A stretch of DNA of 64,000 nt from an uncultured virus (IMG/VR IMGVR_UViG_3300030380_002211) (lineage: Duplodnaviria > Heunggongvirae > Uroviricota > Caudoviricetes), in the IMG/VR virus record IMGVR_UViG_3300030380_002211; one strand, written 5' to 3'. The translations under genes were made by a program, and so were the position numbers. This document shows positions 9,330 to 19,556 of this stretch, one piece after another (within the stretch, counting starts at the first letter, position 1; each line of letters begins with the position of its first letter). The notes under the pieces are model-generated. The model made no database searches. It saw nothing but the letters and a program-made list of their open reading frames with translations, and had not been told where the DNA came from.

Positions 9330-10307
9330 TTATGTAAATGGTGGGAATATTTTCCCTTTGAACAGTCTTCCTATCGGAGTCTGTCGTTTAGCAGAATTGA
9401 ATACTTCTCTTCCTGCTCTTTGTAATTCTATAGGTAATTTACCAAATAATCCTTTATCTGCACCTTTAACGTCATGTATAGTTTGTAAAGCAGAACCGAA
9501 ACTAACTCCTGCAACATGGTCTGTTGTAAGATTATACCATTGTTTATATGCAAATCCTACATTTATCTTTACTAACTGATTTGATGCACCATAGTTATAT
9601 TCTACAGCACTTAAAGTCTGTGGAAAAACTTCTATTGCTTCTATACCGTATGTTGGTACGTCTCTATCGCCTTCGCCGTCAAATGAACCTAATTGATATA
9701 TTTGCATTTTGCCTGTATAATCATCATAATATTTTGCTTCGTTTGTTATGTTGTTGTGTGCCATCTTCATCCATAATTCCATAAACTGTCTTTCTCTTAA
9801 ATACTTATCAGCATAGAAAGAAGCATTTATCATACCTGCATATTGATGACCTGTAACCATATCAACTTCTGGTTCATTACCAAATTGTTTCTTTTGTGTA
9901 ACTAAATCTTTACCTGGCATAGATATACTATCACAATGAATATTCATTTGTGTTCCCATTTGTGCAGCTAAATCTAACATAGTATCACCTTTAGGGTTTT
10001 TTACTGTAGATAGTCCTACAGGTGTATTTTTACCTATTGACGAACCTTCGGCAAATACTGCATTTTGTCGTTGTTCAACTAATGAACGTAAATTTGTTGG
10101 TAAATCTATTCTAATAGCAAATCTTGCTGGTCTAGCATAACCCTCTGCTTTTGCCATAGCAGAACGAAAACGACCAATTGTGTTTTCTGTATTTCCTCTT
10201 TGTTTTAATCTAGGGTCTCTATCAACATTATCAAGACTTTTGTCTCTAGGAAAACCTACTCTTATGTCGAAAGGACCTACTCGTTTGCCTGCTCTAAAAA
10301 TAGCCAT
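9330..10307 (-). CDS. tail tube initiator/tube-like protein (gp54/gp19 fold)
   Basis: GYARPARF, SISMPGK, EVFPQTLSAVEYNY, VGFAYKQW; context between gp2 and gp26. Confidence 0.7.
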   Translation of the reverse strand: MAIFRAGKRVGPFDIRVGFPRDKSLDNVDRDPRLKQRGNTENTIGRFRSAMAKAEGYARPARFAIRIDLPTNLRSLVEQRQNAVFAEGSSIGKNTPVGLSTVKNPKGDTMLDLAAQMGTQMNIHCDSISMPGKDLVTQKKQFGNEPEVDMVTGHQYAGMINASFYADKYLRERQFMELWMKMAHNNITNEAKYYDDYTGKMQIYQLGSFDGEGDRDVPTYGIEAIEVFPQTLSAVEYNYGASNQLVKINVGFAYKQWYNLTTDHVAGVSFGSALQTIHDVKGADKGLFGKLPIELQRAGREVFNSAKRQTPIGRLFKGKIFPPFT

Positions 10308-10819
10308 TAGTAAGGTCTTCCTTTCTTAAATCTTGCGACTGGTAAAAAGATTGCAATTGCCATCTCCTCAGCTGTTATGTTTAAAAATGATGTTCTCACT
10401 TGACTGTACAAATAATGTTTAATTGTTTTCTTATAATATCTTCCTGATAATTCACCAATATTATACCTCGTTTTACTATCAAAATTCTTATCACTTGCAA
10501 ATCTTGATAACTGTCTTAAAAAGTTTACTCTTGCACCTGGTGGCAAGTAGTGAAAATTAATCCCATAGAAACCACCTTTAGCGAAATCTATAGGAAATAT
10601 CAAGGGAAATCTATCATAGTATGGTAACGTCTCTTTGAATTTAGGGTCATAACCAAAAAGGTTCATTATACCATATTTAGGTGCAACTGTTGCTTTCCCT
10701 TGATTAATCAAACTTCGAGCACCAGGCTGTCTTGTCATCGCTGATACCTTTTTCTTGTACCAATCATATGATTTAGGTCCAGTTGTAGAGTCTAATATTT
10801 TATCGAATACAGTTGCCAT
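10307..10819 (-). CDS. gp2: DNA end protector gp2
   Basis: YDPKFKETLPYYDRFPL, GINFHYL, IKHYL, FLPVARF. Confidence 0.92.
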   Translation of the reverse strand: MATVFDKILDSTTGPKSYDWYKKKVSAMTRQPGARSLINQGKATVAPKYGIMNLFGYDPKFKETLPYYDRFPLIFPIDFAKGGFYGINFHYLPPGARVNFLRQLSRFASDKNFDSKTRYNIGELSGRYYKKTIKHYLYSQVRTSFLNITAEEMAIAIFLPVARFKKGRPY

Positions 10820-10827
10820 ACTACTAT

Positions 10828-12705
10828 TTATATAGGTTTATAGATGGTAATTAACTCTTCCTTACCTTTAACTTTGATTTTGTCTACTTCTACTGACTTG
10901 ATATTCTTTAGTTTTTCTTTTGTATAAGATGAATATATTAGTGGTTCTATGCCAGTAGCAGTTTTATAGTTTCTTGTAGATGCCTCTAATCTTGCAGCTA
11001 AATTTACTGAGTCACCAATTACTGAATAATCTAATCTCATTTCACTACCCATGTTACCTACTATGCATATACCTGTATTGACGCCTGAACCAATATTGAT
11101 ATCAGGTAGACCTCTTCGTTTAAATTCTGCCTTTATCTTACTTGTTTCTTCTGCACACTCGATAGCAGTTTTTACTGCCATTTCTGCATGGTCTTCACAA
11201 TCAAGTGGTGCATTCCAAAATGCCATAATACAGTCGCCCATATACTTATCTATTGTACCACCATTCTTTAATACTATATTACTCATACGATTTAGATAGT
11301 CATTAATAACTTTAACTAAACCTTCGGGGTCGTTTCTATTCTTATAATGTTCTGAGATAGGTGTAAACCCTACAATGTCCATAAATAAGAAACTCATCTC
11401 TTTTCTTTCGCCACCTAATTTTAATTTACTAGGGTCTTTTACAAGTATCGCAACTTGTCTAGGGTCTAGATATTTCTCAAATTGTTTTCTAATTTGTTGT
11501 TTAAGTCTAAACTCTAATATAAATCTTAAAAATGTAGAATGAAATGCTACTACAAATGCTGTTAGTAATATCCATGTGACATCAAATAATACTAAACTTT
11601 GGTATGAATGTTGAGTATAGTAAAGACTGCCAATTGCACCTACACCGAGAAATGTTATGATACCCCAATATGGTAGATATCTGCAAATAACTATTATAAC
11701 ACAACCTACAAAAAATGCAAGCAATAATTCAATTAAATTATCAAATCTTTTGATAGTCTCGCCATCTAATATTGTTTGAAGTGAATTGGCACTTATTATA
11801 TAGTCGTACTTTTCGCCAGTAGGTGTTGCTACTACACTTGATAATCCCTCTGCTGTCAGAGCAAGAATTACAGTAGTTCCTGCAGCCGAAGAAAAGTCTT
11901 GACTTGCCGCTGATATTGTGTTAAACTGTTTATTCCATCTCAACCATATTCTTGCGTTTGCATCTGTGTTGATTGTTGCATAGGCAGGTACTCTCATAGC
12001 AGTTACACCAAAGTCATCTGCTTTTATTTGATAACTAGGGTCACCTACTGCAACTCTAATAACTTCTATTGCCATTGCAGGATATGTTTCTTCTTCTACA
12101 GTTCTAGATATTTCACCTTCACTATATCCTAATACTCTTTCTATTTTCATTATCAATGGTAGTCTTCTTACAACACCATCAATCTCTGGTGCAGTATTAA
12201 TTACTCCAACACCGTCAGCACTTTTACCTAATTCTTCAATCGGGCCTAACATACCTTGCCACTCAAAAAGATATGGCATTGGATTACCTATCTTTGCAAC
12301 TCCTCTTGGCACAGCATTTTTATCTGTCTGCGAAGTACCAACTTGTGCAATTACAACACCATTATTTTTAAATGCTTTTGCAAGTTCTTCATCGCCACCT
12401 AATCTATCTTTTTCTGAAAATAATATAGGTATCGTAATAATACCAACACCTGCTTGTCTTAAATCATATATGACTTTTGCAAGTACATCTCTTTTCCAAG
12501 GCCATTGACCATACTTCTCAATTGCTTGTTCGTCTATTGTTATGATTGTTATATCTTGAGATTGTGTTACTTCTTCATTTGCCAAGAGATGGTCAAATGC
12601 TTTAAGTCTTAATATTTCTTTAGCTGAATAGTCTTGTAAACCAATATATGTTAATACAAATAAAGTTACAAAGGCAGTAGTCCAATGTGTGAATATTTTT
12701 TTCAC
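10828..12705 (-). CDS. CHASE2-domain class III adenylate/guanylate cyclase
   Basis: IDEQAIEKYGQWPWKR (CHASE2), 3 TM helices, FMDIVGFT, DKYMGDCIMAFW, GDSVNLAARLE. Confidence 0.95.
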   Translation of the reverse strand: MKKIFTHWTTAFVTLFVLTYIGLQDYSAKEILRLKAFDHLLANEEVTQSQDITIITIDEQAIEKYGQWPWKRDVLAKVIYDLRQAGVGIITIPILFSEKDRLGGDEELAKAFKNNGVVIAQVGTSQTDKNAVPRGVAKIGNPMPYLFEWQGMLGPIEELGKSADGVGVINTAPEIDGVVRRLPLIMKIERVLGYSEGEISRTVEEETYPAMAIEVIRVAVGDPSYQIKADDFGVTAMRVPAYATINTDANARIWLRWNKQFNTISAASQDFSSAAGTTVILALTAEGLSSVVATPTGEKYDYIISANSLQTILDGETIKRFDNLIELLLAFFVGCVIIVICRYLPYWGIITFLGVGAIGSLYYTQHSYQSLVLFDVTWILLTAFVVAFHSTFLRFILEFRLKQQIRKQFEKYLDPRQVAILVKDPSKLKLGGERKEMSFLFMDIVGFTPISEHYKNRNDPEGLVKVINDYLNRMSNIVLKNGGTIDKYMGDCIMAFWNAPLDCEDHAEMAVKTAIECAEETSKIKAEFKRRGLPDINIGSGVNTGICIVGNMGSEMRLDYSVIGDSVNLAARLEASTRNYKTATGIEPLIYSSYTKEKLKNIKSVEVDKIKVKGKEELITIYKPI

Positions 12706-12971
12706 GATAATTCTTTTATTTCATATATGTTAGGTCTAGGTATGATTGTAGAATTACCACATTCGTCAATCGTGCCATCTTCTTTAAAATTAAAATCACT
12801 TACTAATCTAACAAAATCTTCTTCATCGCTTATAAGAAATCCTGTACTAAGACTTCTAGGACATTTACTTTCTTTAACTTCTTCTATACTTCTCCAAGAA
12901 CTGTCTGATACAATATCAATCCAATAAACATGAACAAACTTGTATGGTATATCTTTTACTTTTTTACTCAT
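12702..12971 (-). CDS. hypothetical protein
   Basis: Overlaps the cyclase start by 4 nt; VYWIDI..DSSW..STGFL..IP motif common in phage small proteins. Confidence 0.7.
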   Translation of the reverse strand: MSKKVKDIPYKFVHVYWIDIVSDSSWRSIEEVKESKCPRSLSTGFLISDEEDFVRLVSDFNFKEDGTIDECGNSTIIPRPNIYEIKELS

Positions 12972-12974
12972 AAT

Positions 12975-14465
12975 TTAATTACCCTGCGTTGTTGATAGAG
13001 TGCAACCTGCTATTACTCCACAAGTCATCTCTATATTATAATCTTGGTCAGTAGAACCCTGCTGTAATAAATCAAAGTCAACAGAATAACCATCTAAATC
13101 TACACGAGCCGCATGGTCACCTGAACCTGTCTGTGATATATCTATGTCATGGGCATAACTACCAGTATCTAAATTTAAATCTAAAAAATGCTCGCCTGTT
13201 CCTGACTGGTTTATATCTACTGTGTTATTGCTATTATTTATGTCTACAAACAATGTTTTATCTCCATCGTTCAATTGTTGTAAGTTTATGATATTCGAAC
13301 TACTGTCTAAATCTAAACTCATAAAATGTTCAGTCGTTGCTGTACCATCATTTCTTTGTGTTAGATTTATTGTATTTGTAGAACTATCAATATCTAACCA
13401 TATTCTATGGTCACCTGTATCAGACGCATAATCACCTTGGTCAATATTAACTGTATTTGTATTACCTGTTATGTCTAATGCGATACCATTGTTACCACTA
13501 TTACCACTTGTTGATACATTGCCTTGGTCAATATTAAGTGTATTATTATTTCCTGTAATTGTAGCGTCACTAGACCAATCTGTACCTATGAGAAAATTGT
13601 TTTCACCTGACTGTTCAATATTAACTGTATTACTATCGCCATCAATATTTAATTTGATGCCATTACCTGTTACTGCTTTAGCATTATTTACAGTTGTTGT
13701 TTGAGTGCTTGTTGGTGTAACATTAATTACTGTAGTTGCTGTCAAAAAGTTTTCATATGTATCTGAAATTAAATCAGCCATTTTTGCTTTATCAAAAGAA
13801 CTTTCAAATTGATTTATGTCAAAAGTTATATAAGCCGCACCTGTATAACCAGTTGGCAATTGGTCACCTGACCATCTCATCCATACAACTTGACCATTTC
13901 CGTTTTTTGCAACCCATGTACCATCACCTGTAAAATATGTACCATAAGGATATACTGCAACATTACTACCATAATCACTATCTGTTACAGCTGTATTTGT
14001 AGTTGTGATTGTATTTGAATTATTATTATTTGTACAGTTATAGGCACAACCACTTGTATTGCCAACTCGTGTTACTGTACCACCTAATTTGTTTTCTATG
14101 AAGGCTTCAATAGTTTGGTTATTATTACTATAGTTTTGATTGTTTTCACCAACTAATACTAAAACACCACCTGCATTTACAAAGTTTTGATATCTAGTTT
14201 TACCATTACTGCCTATACTATTATTATATTTCATATCCCAAACTACATCATAACTATCAATTAAATTTTCTGCAATTGTTCCTGTTGTTGATAAGGTAAC
14301 AGTATAACCATCTGCTTCTAATTGTGATTTAACATTCGTATGTGCGTCTGCATAATTAGAGTGATATATCAATGCTGTCTTCGTTGCAAATGCTGGTGTG
14401 GCAATAACTACTAGATGAAATAATATTATAATTATGAGTATTCTTTTATAGTTTATTTTTTCCAT
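12975..14465 (-). CDS. secreted protein with C-terminal curlin-like repeats
   Basis: Signal peptide; repeated (N/D)xNxVxIxQxG units in C-terminal half; N-terminal globular domain. Confidence 0.8.
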   Translation of the reverse strand: MEKINYKRILIIIILFHLVVIATPAFATKTALIYHSNYADAHTNVKSQLEADGYTVTLSTTGTIAENLIDSYDVVWDMKYNNSIGSNGKTRYQNFVNAGGVLVLVGENNQNYSNNNQTIEAFIENKLGGTVTRVGNTSGCAYNCTNNNNSNTITTTNTAVTDSDYGSNVAVYPYGTYFTGDGTWVAKNGNGQVVWMRWSGDQLPTGYTGAAYITFDINQFESSFDKAKMADLISDTYENFLTATTVINVTPTSTQTTTVNNAKAVTGNGIKLNIDGDSNTVNIEQSGENNFLIGTDWSSDATITGNNNTLNIDQGNVSTSGNSGNNGIALDITGNTNTVNIDQGDYASDTGDHRIWLDIDSSTNTINLTQRNDGTATTEHFMSLDLDSSSNIINLQQLNDGDKTLFVDINNSNNTVDINQSGTGEHFLDLNLDTGSYAHDIDISQTGSGDHAARVDLDGYSVDFDLLQQGSTDQDYNIEMTCGVIAGCTLSTTQGN

Positions 14466-15196
14466 ATATTACCTTTTGTATCTTCAGCGATTACAAGAAC
14501 GTCACCATTGTATTTAAATTTTATATATGGGTCTTGTGAAATTGAAATGAAAGTATCTGCCTGCATAACGATATAATCGTCTTTGTCAACCCAAGTAATA
14601 GTCTTAACAGTCCATAATGGTATATAACCACCTGACTCTAAATCTTTTTGTAAACCAGTAAACATAGGGTGTTTAATTCTAGTTGTTTTATATCCTTCTT
14701 TTTCTTTAAATAAAATCTTACCTAGGTCTTTTGTTAATTCTGGGTCATGTACGTCCATATAACCTGAACAACCGCCACTGGCTCTAATTCCTGTCTTATG
14801 TGTAAATAAATCCCCATTGGCTGTTTCTCCAACAACACGAACAAAACTATCTGTTTCCATCCTAATACGAGTAGTTATCTCTGTATTCTGAGTATTGTTG
14901 GTTAATTTAAATGTAGCCGCATGTTGTGTAGGATTGGCATCAATGACTAAGTAAATTTTAACAAAACGTTTTGTATTAACAGTAATAGATACAGGTACTT
15001 GAGCACCACTTGCGGCTCTTTTAGGACCTGATATTACTAATTCGTTATTGTCAATTGGTAATTCTACTGCTGTTCTAACACCAAACATTCTTTCTTGTAT
15101 GTATGGCCAAAAGTCTGGATTAAAGTTTGCAAATGATGGTGTGCAAAAAAGTAATACTAATAATAAACTAATTATTTTGTTGTATCGTAATAGCAT
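14453..15196 (-). CDS. soxYZ: SoxY-SoxZ fusion-like sulfur carrier
   Basis: P.RA.SGAQVPV, IDANP, TRIRMETDSFVRVV, ASGGCSG (SoxY) followed by RIKHPMFTG and SISQDPYIKF (SoxZ); signal peptide. Confidence 0.85.
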   Translation of the reverse strand: MLLRYNKIISLLLVLLFCTPSFANFNPDFWPYIQERMFGVRTAVELPIDNNELVISGPKRAASGAQVPVSITVNTKRFVKIYLVIDANPTQHAATFKLTNNTQNTEITTRIRMETDSFVRVVGETANGDLFTHKTGIRASGGCSGYMDVHDPELTKDLGKILFKEKEGYKTTRIKHPMFTGLQKDLESGGYIPLWTVKTITWVDKDDYIVMQADTFISISQDPYIKFKYNGDVLVIAEDTKGNIWKK

Positions 15197-16289
15197 TGTC
15201 TTGCCCTCCTAATTGAAAATCATATTGTATGAATTCACCTTGCTGTATGTTTAATATATATCCGTATTCTTTATCTAATCTTAATTCTATATATGAACCA
15301 CTTGCGTCTTCTCTTATCCAAACCCATTCAGGATCCTCATCTAATATTATTACACCAGTTTCAGGATTTCTACCTATCAATATACCATCTACTGATTTTT
15401 GTTTGTCAAACTCTGACCTCATTGCTCTTGCTAATTCTTTATTTATTTGTGCAAGAATATCTGCCAAAAAGTTTTGTTCTAAGAAGTCTATGTCAAGTCC
15501 TGTTTTAAATTGACTTTCATCTTCTTCTAGATAATCTATTTCTAAATCTTCAAATTGTAAAAAGTCAATATCTAAAGCGTCTGCAACTTCATTTAATCTT
15601 TCTTCTTTCTGCATCTCTTCTATTTCAGCAGGTTTAGAAATAATCAATAAATTATTAATCATCTCTTCATCTAAATCTAACAATACAGGTGTCAATGGTT
15701 TACTTGCAAGTGTATCAACAACTGTAGCTTGAAATGCTTGATTAAGTATTACTTGACCTGCATCTGACTCTACACTAATCTCACCTACAAAACAATTACC
15801 ATTTGTATCACAACTTGGCAATAAAATAATTGTAGATGAACCTATCTCATCAATAGTCATTGTAAAATCTGTACCACGAACACCAATCGTTGCTGTTGGT
15901 GTTTCTATCTTAACATTTGTTGCTGAGTTTTTTGCAATTTGACCTGAGGCATATCTTACTGTACCTAGTTTTGCTTTTAATGAAAGTTTACCTGTTTTGG
16001 TATTAGGGTCATAGACAAATTCATCTATGACCAATTTACTATGTTGAGTAACATCAACTCTAGTAGTATCTATAAACTCTATACCAACTTTACCATTACC
16101 TGTCTTTACAGTATCATATGAAAATATATCTAACTCTTTCTCAATGACAATATCATTTTCACCATCTTGTCTATCAATTACTCCATTACCTTCTAATCGA
16201 GTAACCTCGCCAATAGCGGCGAGACTACTTTTTGGTAATATCGTAAGGGTTAAGACTATGCACCCAATTATAAAAACTATAAGTCGCAT
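15168..16289 (-). CDS. FecR-domain secreted protein
   Basis: Signal peptide; D.VKTGNG, LVIDEFVYDP, TPTATIGVRGTDF. Confidence 0.88.
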   Translation of the reverse strand: MRLIVFIIGCIVLTLTILPKSSLAAIGEVTRLEGNGVIDRQDGENDIVIEKELDIFSYDTVKTGNGKVGIEFIDTTRVDVTQHSKLVIDEFVYDPNTKTGKLSLKAKLGTVRYASGQIAKNSATNVKIETPTATIGVRGTDFTMTIDEIGSSTIILLPSCDTNGNCFVGEISVESDAGQVILNQAFQATVVDTLASKPLTPVLLDLDEEMINNLLIISKPAEIEEMQKEERLNEVADALDIDFLQFEDLEIDYLEEDESQFKTGLDIDFLEQNFLADILAQINKELARAMRSEFDKQKSVDGILIGRNPETGVIILDEDPEWVWIREDASGSYIELRLDKEYGYILNIQQGEFIQYDFQLGGQDNAITIQQNN

Positions 16290-16334
16290 ATAAAATTATT
16301 CCTGTATATAATAAAAATAAAATCCAATCCATTG

Positions 16335-17021
16335 TTAGTCCCTCTGTATTATATCAATATTGTGGTTGTCACCACTTGTTGTTAAAGTTATCATGTTATC
16401 GTAAATACCTGATTGTGTAATATCTACGTCAGCAATAGAACCTGTATGTGTGTGTATGTAGGTATGACCTGCACTATCACCATCTCCGTCTATATCAACT
16501 AAGAAATTATTTGTATCACCATTTACTGATAAAGTAAAGATAACACTTGTGCCATCTATTGTAGTAGCAATTACGTTACTATCACTACCAGACGCACCTG
16601 TTATTGAAACATTAGCACCTGTAGCATCTGCTGTTTCACCTATGTCAATGTCTAGGTCGTTTGAAGAACCTACCCAAATAACTGAGGCAGTTACAGTAGC
16701 ACATGAACTTACTGTTCCTGCACTATCACATTTAATATCTATGTCGTTACTATTACCAGTTGTACTAAATGTACCTGTGTAGTTAGCACCATTGATATCA
16801 AAAGTTAGTACGTTTGTATTACCAACTTGGTCAATGTTGAAGTTAGATGTAGCACCTGTTACAGTCGAAGCTGTAGTACTATTACCTATTGTATTATTTT
16901 GACCATCTTGTAAAACATCTAGAGTTAAGGTAGCACCAGATTGTGTTACATAGATATCATTTGCCATTACTGGCGATATAAAAATCATCAAAAACATAAC
17001 TAATTTAGTTACACTTTTCAT
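16335..17021 (-). CDS. curlin-like secreted protein
   Basis: Signal peptide ending VMA|NDIYVTQSG; repeated IxQxGxxN beta-arch units; adjacent to csgG. Confidence 0.8.
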   Translation of the reverse strand: MKSVTKLVMFLMIFISPVMANDIYVTQSGATLTLDVLQDGQNNTIGNSTTASTVTGATSNFNIDQVGNTNVLTFDINGANYTGTFSTTGNSNDIDIKCDSAGTVSSCATVTASVIWVGSSNDLDIDIGETADATGANVSITGASGSDSNVIATTIDGTSVIFTLSVNGDTNNFLVDIDGDGDSAGHTYIHTHTGSIADVDITQSGIYDNMITLTTSGDNHNIDIIQRD

Positions 17022-17044
17022 TGCACTTTTTTTCCTCTTCTTTG

Positions 17045-17905
17045 TTAATTAACTGGTTTATCTGGCACAGGATAATACTTTGAAGTATTTCCTATCTTTG
17101 AAACACCTTTCATTTTCCATAAACCTTTATTCACGCCTTCATATACCATTTGTAGTACTGCGTGTTCTATCGTTGCTCGTATAGCATAATTGACTGGTTC
17201 ATTTGTAGAATTTCCTGATTCAAATTCTAGTGCCTTTGTTCCCATATCTAGGAATCTAAACACGTCACCACCCAAACTATAACTTGCAATTGTTTTTGAA
17301 GCTGAAACAGATAATAATATCTCACCTGTTTGTACAGCAACAACTCGCAAAGAAACTGTTACTTGGTCAGTTCGATATTGTTCTTTAACACCAATACCAA
17401 AATATCTTGCACCAATACCACCACTTGCAATATTGCTATCATATCCTACAATACCACCCTCTACGATTAGTCCTGCAAAGATTAGTGGTTTTAATTGATT
17501 CTTTGCTTGTGCTTCACCATCATATAATTCTCTTGTTGACCTAATTAATTGTCTTTCTTTAATTAGATTGCCTAAACCTTTTCTTTCGACAACTTTAAAC
17601 CAATCACCATTACCTACTTCTTTTAAAGCTGCAATAACCCATACATCAGGACCTTGAGTTACAGCTGTTGATAACTGTGAAAAGTTAGGATTAGGTTTCC
17701 TTTGTCCTGTTTGGTCTGTAAAATTGTAAACTGCAATTGTTATTTGAGGTTGATTATCTAAATCAGGTATCTCTTTTAATCTCTCAATTGTAGTTGTTCC
17801 TTGTATAAAAGGCTCATCGCCATTTTTAGCCATTTGACCAGTTACAGAACAACCTGTAACCAGACATATCAATCCTATCATTTTAATAATTTCGAATAAT
17901 CCCAT
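17045..17905 (-). CDS. csgG: curli secretion channel CsgG
   Basis: Lipobox VTGC; AVYNFTDQTGQRK, STAVTQG, WFKVVER, LIKERQLIR, EGGIVGYD, YRTDQVTVSLR. Confidence 0.95.
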   Translation of the reverse strand: MGLFEIIKMIGLICLVTGCSVTGQMAKNGDEPFIQGTTTIERLKEIPDLDNQPQITIAVYNFTDQTGQRKPNPNFSQLSTAVTQGPDVWVIAALKEVGNGDWFKVVERKGLGNLIKERQLIRSTRELYDGEAQAKNQLKPLIFAGLIVEGGIVGYDSNIASGGIGARYFGIGVKEQYRTDQVTVSLRVVAVQTGEILLSVSASKTIASYSLGGDVFRFLDMGTKALEFESGNSTNEPVNYAIRATIEHAVLQMVYEGVNKGLWKMKGVSKIGNTSKYYPVPDKPVN

Positions 17906-17913
17906 TTTAAATC

Positions 17914-18399
17914 CTAAAACTGAAAGTCGCCTAATGGTACTGACATTGTAGTTAGATTACCAGTAGGGTCTGTAATTGTTAATGTAATAATTTCTGTTGA
18001 GGCATCTTTTATCCAATAGATTGTAGAACCTTCTACTTCAGCAGTACCACTTGTCGGACAAGTTCCTGTGCATGAAGTACCAAACATATTGTCAACCAAT
18101 TGTTTAGATAAGTTAGCATAAATTCTACTTTCTACGTTCTTAATGAACTTGTTGATTGTAGTATTATTTGCTTCACGTTTAGCCGCAGCCTCTGCCGACT
18201 TTGCATCATCTTTGTTTTGTTTCTTTCTGTTGTGTTGTAGTTGTTCGATTGATAGAACGTGACTAGAATAACCATTCCCGCTAAATGACGGGTTGCTAAA
18301 CTCGTGTACTAGTTCGCTCGCATTGAGAGTGTTAGGACCCACCAATAACACATAAAGAAATGCCACTAACACTACGTTCTCCATTTGTAGTGTTTTCAT
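17914..18399 (-). CDS. csgF: curli assembly protein CsgF
   Basis: Signal peptide then SELVHEFSNPSFSGNG; start reassigned to ATG 18399 after the late promoter. Confidence 0.85.
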   Translation of the reverse strand: MKTLQMENVVLVAFLYVLLVGPNTLNASELVHEFSNPSFSGNGYSSHVLSIEQLQHNRKKQNKDDAKSAEAAAKREANNTTINKFIKNVESRIYANLSKQLVDNMFGTSCTGTCPTSGTAEVEGSTIYWIKDASTEIITLTITDPTGNLTTMSVPLGDFQF

Positions 18400-18468
18400 G
18401 CTTATATTTATAATATCGACTAAAAATTTTCGATATTCTATTGAATGATTATTTGACAATCAAAATAG

Positions 18469-18750
18469 TCAAACTTTTGTCTTTGTTATTTTTTTACTTT
18501 TTTTGTTTTTGTCTAACTCTTGTAACTCTAATACTGTATTTAATTTTGTTCTTAATCTAATGAGGTCATTATCAAGCATTCTTATTCTATCAAGTAGACC
18601 AATTAATGCTGTATTTGCCTCACTTAATTTTTTCTTTAGATTTTCTGTTGTAAATTTATATATAAAAAATATAAACCAACCCATAGCAATTGCAGCTAAA
18701 GTGGCAAATCCATATTGATTTAAAACGTCTATAATAGCACTGGTCGTCAT
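18469..18750 (-). CDS. membrane-anchored coiled-coil protein (paralog of 19557-19838)
   Basis: N-terminal TM, LLDRIRMLDNDLIRL. Confidence 0.75.
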   Translation of the reverse strand: MTTSAIIDVLNQYGFATLAAIAMGWFIFFIYKFTTENLKKKLSEANTALIGLLDRIRMLDNDLIRLRTKLNTVLELQELDKNKKSKKITKTKV

Positions 18751-18752
18751 AA

Positions 18753-19514
18753 CTATTTTACCTTACATTGTATATTTCTAGGACATTGATATCTTGGTCC
18801 TGTTGTCATTACCAAGTCTGGTTGGTCTTGTGGGTGTTCGTATGTACATTTATATGACATATCTTTACCACCTTTATCATCTACAAACCATTCTTGTTTT
18901 TTCAATCTGCACATAGTAAACATATCACTTCTTGGTAAGTTTCCTTTGTACTCTCTTCCGTATCGTGCATAAGTTGCTTCTGCACCTTCATTCATACAGA
19001 TAAAAACATCTGTCTTAAAATCCTGGCATTCGTCTGCAGCTCTAGCTGGTTTCATTAATATTATCATAACATAAACTACAAGTGCAACAAATGCTATAAC
19101 TGTTAATCCTATTCCACAATACTTTATTATCTCGCCTATCTCTTCTTGCTGTTTCTGTCTTCTTGCTCTTTCTTCTCGTATTGCTTGTTTTCTTTTGTCT
19201 ATTCTTCTTTTTCTTTCAGCAAGAATTTCTTGCCATGTATTTGGGCCGAACCTTAAATTAATTAGGTTCTTCATTTCATTTAGATGCTCTCTGGCAAGTT
19301 TTGCATCTATAATTTCCTGTGCAACATTTTCAGTTGCGAATTGGTCTTTACCTTCTCTTGCTTTGATACAATGTTTTTCACCTTTAAATGCATCATCAAT
19401 CGCACCAACAAATTGTCCTATATCTTGTGCTGTTTGTATATTTTTTTTTATAAACTCTACTGACTTTGTAACTAAAGCTATTCCTGTCAGCACAGTTGTG
19501 ACTGGTTCTACCAT
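18753..19514 (-). CDS. hypothetical membrane protein with Cys-containing C-terminal domain
   Basis: Coiled coil, central TM, six Cys in the distal domain. Confidence 0.7.
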   Translation of the reverse strand: MVEPVTTVLTGIALVTKSVEFIKKNIQTAQDIGQFVGAIDDAFKGEKHCIKAREGKDQFATENVAQEIIDAKLAREHLNEMKNLINLRFGPNTWQEILAERKRRIDKRKQAIREERARRQKQQEEIGEIIKYCGIGLTVIAFVALVVYVMIILMKPARAADECQDFKTDVFICMNEGAEATYARYGREYKGNLPRSDMFTMCRLKKQEWFVDDKGGKDMSYKCTYEHPQDQPDLVMTTGPRYQCPRNIQCKVK

Positions 19515-19556
19515 ATGTTCCCACCTATTTCTATAATTAATTAAATTATATAATAC

